The notes beneath the pieces were generated by a model, which saw nothing but the letters and a program-made list of their open reading frames with translations, ran no database searches and was not told the DNA's origin. From contig JBNRSN020000089.1 of NCBI GenBank assembly GCA_051313645.2, positions 2,604,001 through 2,668,000 of the forward strand: a DNA stretch of 64,000 nt, read 5' to 3'. Positions 1 to 8,689 of the stretch are shown in pieces (the first letter of the stretch is position 1; the number at the start of each line of letters is the position of its first letter). A program made the translations under genes and the position numbers. This DNA comes from Centroscyllium fabricii (taxonomy: Eukaryota).

Positions 1-693
1 AGACTGTAGTGTACGGTCCTCATTTTCAAGCCCTATTCGGACAGTCGTGAGTAATAACTTCTGAGAAAAGGGCTTGGGGAACAAGGTGTAAGGGTGCTAA
101 AGTGGATGCCTTGCCATTGTAAATTGCTGATTGAAATGTGTTCTGTAAGGGTGCTAAAGCGAATGCCTTGCCATTGTAAATTGCTGATTGAAATGTGTTC
201 TGTAAGGGTGCTAAAGCGAGTGCCTTGCCATTGTAAATTGCTGATTGAAATGTGTTCTGTAAGGGTGCTAAAGCGAGTGCCTTGCCAGTGTAAATTGCTG
301 ATTGAAATGTGTTCTGGAAGGGTGCTAGAGCGAGTGCCTTGCCATTATAAAGTTCTGATTGAAGTGTGTTCTTGGGAGTGGTTGTGAGCTGAATGAATGT
401 GTAAATGATTTGTTGTATGACATTAATGCTGCTTTCTATTTGTGTATGCAGTTGCTAGTTGTTTAACACTGTTTGTATTTAAACTCTATCTCCCATCACT
501 GTTATTAAAGTTTGTAAATAATAAATTTTGTCTCTGATTCATCTCTCTCAAGTTAAAAGGGTTACATTTGGGTGGAGGTCACAGAATTCTACACGTGGGG
601 TACGTTCAGAACCTACGGGGTAATTGGTATTAACCTAACCCCCCCATTCTCAGTAAAGGAGAGGGGGGGGGGGCAATCGTAAAAAGGGTTACA
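1..693 (+). repeat. 5' LTR, 3' portion (truncated by window edge)
   Basis: Near-identical to 1958..2647. Ends in AAAAGGGTTACA directly before the PBS. AATAAA at 520..525. Confidence 0.85.
87..371 (+). repeat. 57-bp tandem repeat x5 inside 5' LTR
   Basis: Unit TGTAAGGGTGCTAAAGCGAGTGCCTTGCCATTGTAAATTGCTGATTGAAATGTGTTC starting at 87, 144, 201, 258 and 315. Confidence 0.95.
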
Positions 694-695
694 TT

Positions 696-715
696 TGGGG
701 GCTCGTTTCCGGGAT
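696..715 (+). promoter_or_regulatory. Primer-binding site, tRNA-Pro type
   Basis: TGGGGGCTCGTTTCCGGGAT, 2 nt after the LTR-terminal CA. Equals the canonical tRNA-Pro PBS TGGGGGCTCGTCCGGGAT with a 2-nt TT insertion. Confidence 0.85.
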
Positions 716-826
716 ACTGTGACTTCCAGTTTCATACCCTAGTGGAGTGAACCCATTGTTGCCGAGAGAGAGATGGACGTGAGCACGGTTACTTAGTGGT
801 GTAGTCATGAGGACATGACTAGGTTT

Positions 827-839
827 GGTAAGGGGGGAG
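827..839 (+). promoter_or_regulatory. Polypurine tract
   Basis: GGTAAGGGGGGAG directly upstream of TGTAACC (840). Preceded by the 8-bp hairpin TAGTCATG-agga-CATGACTA (802..821). Confidence 0.8.
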
Positions 840-1289
840 TGTAACCTGGGTCTGAAACCCAGAGTCAGGGAGAATCTCCCTAAAGGGTTAAAAATCTAGG
901 GATCCAGTGGTCTGAGGTCAGGTGACCTCTTCGGTGCCAGTTTGTCTGGAAGTTTGATCACAAGGGGGTTGTTGACCAGGTGTGAGTATGGACAATGTTT
1001 CAGACAGGCTGGGCTGCCATGGAAACCAGCACTCGGCTCCGGCCAGTCTGGAAAAACAAGGGGTCTTGCAGGTGGGGGCTGTGTGATTGCTTTGCGATAG
1101 GCTGGCTAAAAGTGGGGTGAGTTACTGGAGGGTGGAGCCAGGACAGGATAAAAGGCTAGACACGCCTAGAGACAGGATTATTAAGATTGAGCTGGAGGAA
1201 GATAGAGCGCAGGAGGAAGAGAGAAGATTGAGCAGGAGGTTAGATGGAGAGAAGATCCGGGAAAGATCCAGAGAAGCCACGAGAGAGGC

Positions 1290-2037
1290 AGTTCCAAGAG
1301 CCGTCGTTATCTCCCTGGGGATGAGGAGGCTGTAGTGTACGGTCCTCATTGTCGAGCCCTGTTTGGACAGTCGTGAGTAGTGACTACTGAGAGAAGGGCT
1401 TGGGGAAGACGAGGTTGCAGGAAGCACAGGGTGGAGAAGTGTGTTTGATGCCCACTGCTGGAAGATGCTGGAGGCTTTCGTGTTAAAAGGACTGAGAGAC
1501 AGTCCCAAGAACCGTCGTTGTTTCCCTTGGGATGAGTAGGCTGTAGTGTACGGTACTCATTGCCGAGCCCTATTCGGACAGTCGTGAGTAGCACTTACTG
1601 AGAGAAGGGCTTGGGGAAGACGAGGTTGCAGGAAGCAGAGGGTGGAGAAGTGTGTGCGACGCCCACTGCTGGAGGATGCTGGAGGCTTTCGTGTTAAAAG
1701 GACTGAGAGACAGTCCCAAGAGCCGTCGTTGTTTCCCTTGGGATGAGTAGGCTGTAGTGTACGGTACTCATTGTCAAGCCCTGTTCGGACAGTCGTGAGT
1801 GGCGGCTACTGAGAGAAGGGCTTGGGGAAGACGAGGTTGCAGGAAACAGAGGGTGGAGAGCTGTGTGCGACGCCCACTGCTGGAAGATGCTGGAAGCTTT
1901 CGTGTTAAAAGGACAGAGGCAGATCCAAGAGCCGTCGTTGTCTCCCTTGAGATGAGGAGACTGTAGTGTACGGTCCTCATTGTCAAGCCCTATTCGGACA
2001 GTCGTGAGTAATAACTTCTGAGAAAAGGGCTTGGGGA
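1290..2037 (+). repeat. ~211-bp tandem repeat x3.5 inside 3' LTR
   Basis: Unit CCAAGAGCCGTCGTT...CTGTAGTGTACGGT...GGGCTTGGGGAAGACGAGG...GTTAAAAGGAC recurring near 1293, 1505, 1716 and 1925. Confidence 0.9.
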
Positions 2038-2043
2038 ACAAGG

Positions 2044-2328
2044 TGTAAGGGTGCTAAAGAGGATGCCTTGCCATTGTAAATTGCTGATTGAAATGTGTTC
2101 TGTAAGGGTGCTAAAGCGAATGCCTTGCCATTGTAAATTGCTGATTGAAATGTGTTCTGTAAGGGTGCTAAAGCGAGTGCCTTGCCATTGTAAATTGCTG
2201 ATTGAAATGTGTTCTGTAAGGGTGCTAAAGCGAGTGCCTTGCCATTGTAAATTGCTGATTGAAATGTGTTCTGGAAGGGTGCTAGAGCGAGTGCCTTGCC
2301 ATTATAAAGTTCTGATTGAAGTGTGTTC
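2044..2328 (+). repeat. 57-bp tandem repeat x5 inside 3' LTR
   Basis: Same array as 87..371 at offset 1957. Confidence 0.95.
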
Positions 2329-2647
2329 TTGGGAGTGGTTGTGAGCTGAATGAATGTGTAAATGATTTGTTGTATGACATTAATGCTGCTTTCTATTTGT
2401 GTATGCAGTTGCTAGTTGTTTAACACTCTTTGTATTTAAACTCTATCTCCCATCCCTGTTATTAAAGTTTGTAAATAATAAATTTTGTCTCTGATTCATC
2501 TCTCTCAAGTTAAAAGGGTTACATTTGGGTGGAGGTCACAGAATTCTACACGTGGGGTACGTTCAGAACCTACGGGGTAATTGGTATTAACCTAACCCCC
2601 CCATTCTCAGTAAAGGAGAGGGGGGGCCAATCGTAAAAAGGGTTACA

Positions 2648-3064
2648 TGTACAATACATCAGACAATTTCCATCTGTGTACAATACATCAGACATTATCC
2701 ATCTGTGTACACTACATCAGACAATGTCCATCTGTGATCAATAAATCAGACAATATCCATCTGTGAACAATACATCAGACAATGTCCATCTGTGTACAAT
2801 ACATCAGACAATATCCATCTGTGTACAATACATCAGACAATATCTATCTGTGTACAGTATATCAGACAATGACCATCTGTGAACAATAATTCAGACAATG
2901 TCCATCTGTGTACAATACATCAGAAAATGTCCATCTGTGTACAGTACATCAGACAATGTCCATCTGTGTACACTACATCAGACAATGTCCTTCTGTGTAC
3001 AATAGATCAGACAATGTCCATCTGTGTACAATACTTCAGACAATGTCCATCTGTGTACAATACA
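2648..3064. repeat. 29-bp satellite, segment 1 (~14 monomers)
   Basis: Tandem CATCAGACAAT(G/A)TCCATCTGTG(T/A)ACAATA between the LTR end and the CR1 start. Confidence 0.97.
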
Positions 3065-3065
3065 A

Positions 3066-4384
3066 GCGTTGCTTTCAGGGAAACTGAGCCAGCGCGGGCT
3101 TTTTAAAAAGCCGTCAGCAGAGGAGGGGGGGGGGGGGGGGTGGCGGGACAAGTCTCTGCAAGTCTCGTGGGACTTTCTGTGTGCTGAGAAACGGTAAGTT
3201 CAAAGAAACTTTCCTTCCAGGGGAGCTGAGCTAACGCTGCTTCAGGGAGCTGAGCCAGGAGAGAAGGACAGGTAAATTCCTTTCCTTACCTTCCAGGGGA
3301 ACTGCGTTGATTTCAGGGAAACGGAGACAGGAGGGCTGAGCCAGCGCGGGCTTTTTAAAAAGCCGTCAGCAGAGGAGCGGGGGGCGGGACAAGTCTCTGC
3401 AAGTCTCGTGGGGCTTTCTGTGTGCTGAGAAACGGTAAGTTCAAAGAAACTTTCCTTCCAGGGGAGCTGAGCTAACGCTGCTTCAGGGAGCTGAGCCAGG
3501 AGAGAAGGACCGGTCAATTCCTTTCCTTTCCTTCCAGGGGAGCTGCGTTGCTTTCAGGGAAACGGAGACAGGAGGGCTGAGCCAGCGCGGGCTTTTTAAA
3601 AAGCCGTTAGCAGAGGAGCGGGGGGCGGGACAAGTCTCTGCAAGTCTCGTGGGACTTTCTGTGTGCTGAGAAACGGTAAGTTCAAAGAAACTTTCCTTCC
3701 AGGGGAGCTGAGCTAACGCTGCTTCAGGGAGCTGAGCCAGGAGAGAAGGACAGGTAAATTCCTTTCCTTTCCTTCCAGGGGAGATGCGTTGCTTTCAGGG
3801 AAACGGAGACAGGAGGGCTGAGCCAGCGTGGGCTTTTTAAAAAGCCGTCAGCAGAGGAGGGTGGGGCGGGACAAGTCTCTGCAAGTCTCGTGGGACTTTC
3901 TGTGTGCTGACAAACGGTAAGTTCAAAGAAACTTTCCTTCCAGGGGAGCTGAGCTAACGCTGCTTCAGGGAGCTGAGCCAGGAGAGAAGGACAGGTAAAT
4001 TCCTTTCCTTTCCTTCCAGGGGAGCTGCGTTGCTTTCAGGGAAACGGAGACAGGAGGGCTGAGCCAGCGCAGGCTTTTTAAAAAGCCGTCAGCAGAGGAG
4101 CGGGGGGCGGGACAAGTCTCTGCAAGTCTCGTGGGACTTTCTGTGTGCTGAGAAACGGTAAGTTCAAAGAAACTTTCCTTCCAGGGGAGCTGAGCTAACG
4201 CTGCTTCAGGGAGCTGAGCCAGGAGAGAAGGACAGGTAAATTCCTTTCCTTTCCTTCCAGGGGAGCTGCATTGCTTTCAGGGAAATGGAGACAGGAGGGC
4301 TGAGCCAGCGCGGGCTTTTTAAAAAGCCATCAGCAGAGGAGCGTGGGGCGGGACAATTCTCTGCAAGTCTTGTGGGACTTTCTT
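3066..4384 (+). repeat. 241-bp tandem monomers (x5.5) in CR1 5' UTR, putative internal promoter array
   Basis: GCGTTGCTTTCAGGGAAAC... starts at 3066, 3304, 3545, 3786, 4027 and 4268. GC/CpG-rich with GGGGCGGG boxes. The first monomer has a short deletion and a G16 run. The repeat is seen directly; promoter function is inferred. Confidence 0.9.
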
Positions 4385-4725
4385 TGCAGTACAAAAGGGG
4401 AGCTGTGTGCTAAACCCGAAACAGTACGTGGTAGTGTTTCCCACCCTTCCATCCTCCTCTAACCTTAGGGGGTTAGAGCGATTTTAAAAAAAGGTAAGTT
4501 CAAATTACTTTATTTTCAGGAGCCCAACCTAGGTGGAAAGGGTTCCAGGACAGAGAAAAACCTTCACAACAGGAGGCAAGGGACTGGTGAGTACTTTCCT
4601 CAAACTTTTCTAAAAACTACTAAAAGTAGGGGGATTCAGTAAATCTAAAAAGGAAACGAAGGGTACTTTATAGACCGGTCTAAAGTCAGAATAGATTAAA
4701 TCTACTAAGGGATTTAAGATATAAA

Positions 4726-5685
4726 ATGGTAGACTTGGTAGTGCAGGCCATCGCAGTCATGTGCTCCACCTGTAATATGTGGGAGTTCAGGGGCCCGGAC
4801 GGGGCCCCTGAGGTGCACGTATGCAGGAAATGCATCCATCTGCAGAACTTAGCCGACCGCATGGCGGCACTGGAGCTGCAGATGGATGCATTACGGGGCA
4901 TAGGCAACGATGAGCAGGTCGTGGACAGCACGTCTGAGAGGGTGGTCACACCAAAGACTAGATTAGACCAGATAGAAGGAAATTGGGTGACCACCAAGAA
5001 GAGTGCCAGAGTGAGGAAGGAAGTGCAGGGAACCCCTGTGGCCATCCCCCTGTCCAACAGTTATACCGCTTTGAATACTGTGGAGGGGGAGGACCTACCA
5101 GGGGAGGGAAGCAGCAGCCTACCTCCTGGCACTGGGGGTGCTGGGGCTGCCCAGAATGGGAGGGAAACTAATGTGCCAGCAGTAGTAATAGGGGATTCAA
5201 TCATAAGGGGCACAGAGAGGTGGTTCTGCGGCCACAGACATGACACCAGGATGGTTACTTGCCTCCCTGGTGCCAGGGTCCGGGATGTCACGGATCGGCT
5301 GCAGGACATCTTGAGGGGGGAGGGGAACCAGGTAGAAGTTGTGGTCCACATTGGCACCAACGACATAGGAAAAAAGGGGGACGAGGTCCTGCAAAGAGAA
5401 TTTAGGGAGCTGGGTAAAAAGCTAAAAAGCAGGACCCCAAAGGTTGTAATCTCTGGATTACTCCCAGTGCCACGAGCTAGTGAGTATAGGAACCGTAAGA
5501 TAGAGCAGCTTAATTCGTGGCTAAAAAGTTGGTGTAGGAAGGAGGGTTTCAGCTTTTTGGACAATTGGTCTTGCTTCTGGGGTAAGTGGAACCTGTACAT
5601 GCAGGACGGGTTGCACCTGAACCGGAATGGGACCAATATCCTTGCGGGAAGGTTTGATAGTCGGGTTAGGGTGGGTTTAAACTAA
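4726..5685 (+). CDS. CR1 ORF1p: zinc finger/leucine zipper plus SGNH esterase domain
   Basis: 319 aa, open. CSTC...CRKC followed by a Leu heptad helix (LADRMAALELQMDAL). SGNH blocks VIGDS, CLPGA, HIGTND, DGLH. Confidence 0.93.
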   Translation: MVDLVVQAIAVMCSTCNMWEFRGPDGAPEVHVCRKCIHLQNLADRMAALELQMDALRGIGNDEQVVDSTSERVVTPKTRLDQIEGNWVTTKKSARVRKEVQGTPVAIPLSNSYTALNTVEGEDLPGEGSSSLPPGTGGAGAAQNGRETNVPAVVIGDSIIRGTERWFCGHRHDTRMVTCLPGARVRDVTDRLQDILRGEGNQVEVVVHIGTNDIGKKGDEVLQREFRELGKKLKSRTPKVVISGLLPVPRASEYRNRKIEQLNSWLKSWCRKEGFSFLDNWSCFWGKWNLYMQDGLHLNRNGTNILAGRFDSRVRVGLN

Positions 5686-8597
5686 ATTGGCAGGGGGAGG
5701 GGACCCAGAGTGAAGGCATAAAGGGTAGGGGAATACAACCTAATAAAGGAAAGCAGACTAGACAGCAAAACAAGGTAGTATTAGGTCAGAGAATGAAAGG
5801 TATATATTTTAACGCAAGGAGTCTGACTAACAAGGTGGATGAGTTAAAGGTATTGGTCGACACATGGGAATATGATATAGTAGCTATCACGGAGACGTGG
5901 CTGAAGGAGGGGCAGGAATGGCAGCTAAATATTCCGGGGTATAGAATTTTCAGGCGGGACAGAGACGAGGGAAAAAGGGGAGGGGGGGTAGCGATACTGA
6001 TTAAGGATTCAATCAGAGCCATCAGGCGGGTCGACCTAATGGATGATTCCTCAAACGAGGCACTATGGGTGGAGGTAAAAAATAAAAAGGGGGGGGCACC
6101 TTACTGGGAGTATATTATAGACCACCAAACAGTAAAGGGGAGATGGAGGGTAAGATATGTGAGCAAATCACGAAGATAAGCGAAAATAACAAAGTAATAA
6201 TATTAGGGGACTTTAATTTCCCCAACATCAACTGGGATTGTCAGAGTGTGAGGGGCACGGAAGGTTCAGCATTCTTAAAATGCAGCCAAGAGAGTTTTTT
6301 AAAGCAATATGTTGGGTCACCTACAAGGGGGGGGGGCGGTACTAGACCTAATACTTGGGAACGAAGACGGGCAGATAGAGGAGGTAACAGTGGGGGAGCA
6401 CTTCGGGGAAAGCGACCACAACTCAGTCAGTTTCAAGATTGTAATAGAGAAGGATAAAAATGGACCAGGGGTAAAAGTACTAAACTGGGGGAAGGCGGAT
6501 TTCATTAAAATTAGGCGCGATGTAGCCGCAGTAGACTGGGGCCATCTTCTCAGAGGAAGATCTGCATCAGAGCAGTGGGAGGCCTTCAGAGGGAAGGTCG
6601 GGAAGATACAGGAGGAACATGTTCCTGCAAAAATCAAGGGCGGGGGAGGTAAACAAAGGGAACCTTGGATGTCTAGGGATATATGTAAATTAATGAAGAA
6701 AAAAAGGGGGGCCTTCAATGAATATAAACGGCTAAAAACGGAGGAGGCGCTAGGGGAGTAAAAGAAGTATAGGGCGGAATTAAAGAAGGAGATAAGAAAA
6801 GCCAAGAGGGGTCATGAGATTGCAATGGCCGGCAAAATCAAGGATAACCCTAAGGCATTTTACAGTTATATAAAAAACAAAAGGATCACGAGGGAAAGAG
6901 TGGGGCCCATTAAGGACGATAGCGGAAAGCTGTGCGTCGAGCCCGAGGCAGTGGGGGAGGTACTAAACGAATTTTTCTCTTCAGTATTCACAAGAGAGAG
7001 GGACGGAACCGACATCGTAATCGGACAGAATGTAGGGGGGGTAATCGAGGATATTACCATTACAAGGGAAGAAGTACTAGAAATCTTTGGAAGCTTAAAG
7101 GTAGACAAATCACCAGGGCCGGACGCGATGTTCCCCAGGCTGCTGTTCGAGGCCAGGGAAGAGCTTGCGGGCCCCCTGTCTCAAATCTTCAGGTCCTCTC
7201 TCGCGTCAGGGGAGGTACCCGAGAACTGGAGAATGGCTAATGTAGTACCCCTGTTTAAAAAGGGTAGTAGGTACAAACCGGGTAACTATAGGCCAATCAG
7301 TCTTACATCTGTAGTGGGGAAAGTAATGGAAAAAATTCTGAGGGACAAAATCAGTCTGCATTTGGAAAGGCAGGGTCTGATAAGAGATAGTCAACATGGC
7401 TTCATCAAAGGTAAGTCGTGCCTAACTAATCTCTTGGAATTCTTCAAAGAGGTAACAAAAAGGGTGGATGAAGGGAGTACGGTCGACGTGGTGTATATGG
7501 ACTTCAGCAAGGCTTTTGATAAAGTCCCACACAGGAGACTGATAACAAAGGTAAAAGCACATGGGATACAGGGCAACGTGGCACAGTGGATTCAAAATTG
7601 GCTGGGGGACAGGAGACAAAGGGTAATGGTAGAGGGCTGCTTCTGCGACTGGAAACCAGTAACCAGCGGTGTCCCCCAAGGATCGGTTTTGGGACCCTTA
7701 CTGTTTCTAGTATACATTAATGATTTGGACACGGGAGTAGGGGGAACGATCAGCAAATCTGCTGACGATACGAAAATTGGAAGGGTGGTAAATAACGAAG
7801 AAGATAGTAAAAGGCTCCAGGAAGATATAAATGTAATGGTTAGTTGAGCAGAAAAATGGCAAATGGAGTTCAACCCAGAGAAATGCGAGGTCATACAATT
7901 CGGCAGACCAAATGGGGTAAGGGAATATACCATGAACAAAAAAATGTTAGGTAGGACCGAGGAACAGAGGGACCTTGGGCTACAGGTGCACAGCTCCCTG
8001 AAGTTTGCTGGACACGTAAACAAGGTGGTTAAGAAGGCATACGGAATTCTGGCCTTTATTAACCGGGGCATAGTGTACAAAAGTAGGGAGGTAATGTTAA
8101 ACTTGTATAACACGCTGGTGAGACCTCAGCTGGAGTACTGTGTGCAGTTCTGGTCACCGCACATCAGGAAGGATGTGGTTGCCCTGGAGAGGGTGCAGAG
8201 AAGGTTTACCAGGATGATACCTGGTCTGGGGGACTTATGCTACGAGGAAAGGCTGGACAGGCTGGGGTTGTTTGCCTTGGAGAAGTGAAGATTGAGGGGT
8301 GACATGATCGAGGTATACAGGATCATGAGAGGACACGATAAGGTGGATAAAGGGGCATTGTTCCCCTTGGTGGGAGAGTCAAGTAACAGGGGACATAGAT
8401 TCAAGATTAGGGGGGGGAGGTTTAGGGGGGAGGTAAAGAGAAATGTCTTTACTCAGAGGGTGGTGGAAGTGTGGAACTCCCTGCCTGTAAGGGTGGTGGA
8501 GGCAGAAATTATCGCAACATTTAAAAAATATTTGGACCAGCACATGAAGGACCGTAACATACAGGGTTATGGGCCGGATGCGGGCAAATGGGGTTAG
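5670..8597 (+). pseudogene. CR1 ORF2 (APE endonuclease + reverse transcriptase), disrupted
   Basis: Motifs [58 protein letters not shown] (FADD in copy 2), RPQLEY. Frameshifts at G8 (6089..6096) and G10 (6327..6336). Stops at 6759, 7845 and 8286. Confidence 0.95.
5676..5682 (+). promoter_or_regulatory. Candidate -1 ribosomal frameshift heptamer T_TTA_AAC
   Basis: ORF1 codons GGT TTA AAC TAA. The ORF2 frame is -1 and open from 5670 (after TAG at 5667..5669) through FKLNWQGEG to the endonuclease domain. Confidence 0.55.
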
Positions 8598-8620
8598 TAT
8601 AGTGAGGAGTTTCCTGGGTC

Positions 8621-8689
8621 GGTGCAGACTGGATGGGCCGAATGGCCTTTATCCGCACTGTAAAGTTTCTATGATTCTATGATTCTATG
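8621..8689 (+). other. CR1 3' stem-loop and (ATTCTATG)n tail
   Basis: GGTGCAGA..GGGCC-GAAT-GGCCT..TCCGCACT inverted repeats, then three 8-bp units at 8666..8689. Confidence 0.9.

Larger units (their letters stand above)
1..2647 (+). mobile_element. Non-autonomous LTR retrotransposon (long LTRs, 146-bp internal region), 5' part outside window
   Basis: 1..693 is repeated at 1958..2647 (offset 1957, about 5 substitutions plus a G-run indel). Order is LTR end GGTTACA (693), PBS (696), PPT, TGTAACC (840) ... GGTTACA (2647), then satellite. No pol-like ORF. Confidence 0.85.
840..2647 (+). repeat. 3' LTR (1808 bp)
   Basis: Bounded by the 7-bp inverted repeats TGTAACC...GGTTACA and preceded by the PPT. 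Its last 690 bp match 1..693. AATAAA at 2477..2482. Confidence 0.8.
3065..8689 (+). mobile_element. Full-length CR1-clade LINE (copy 1), ORF2 disabled
   Basis: Monomer-array 5' UTR, esterase ORF1, APE-RT ORF2, 3' stem-loop and (ATTCTATG)3 tail. Confidence 0.95.

Noticed and set aside
1331-1353. Reverse-strand resemblance of the LTR 211-bp unit (GACAATG..GTACACTACA) to the satellite monomer, suggesting the satellite arose from the LTR
   Set aside because: Two short blocks with an unrelated spacer of different length. Too little to exceed chance by eye.
94-2344. ORFs 94..387, 2051..2344, 1087..1335 and the minus-strand ORFs in the LTR
   Set aside because: Products of in-frame tandem repeats or purine-rich sequence, mostly without an ATG start and with no recognisable domain.
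87-2647. Alternative reading: short LTRs 87..693 and 2044..2647 (TGTAA..TTACA) in a tandem TRIM array
   Set aside because: Identity extends upstream of 87, and TGTAA there is just the start of each 57-bp unit. Position 840 has a cleaner PPT and a 7-bp terminal inverted repeat. Not fully excluded without upstream sequence.
3125-3140. G16 run as a functional G-quadruplex
   Set aside because: Present in only one of the monomers. Likely slippage or a homopolymer sequencing error.
4686-8113. Antisense ORFs over CR1 ORF1/ORF2 (also at 17123..18536 and 53480..54145)
   Set aside because: Typical shadow ORFs of LINE coding sequence with no independent motifs.
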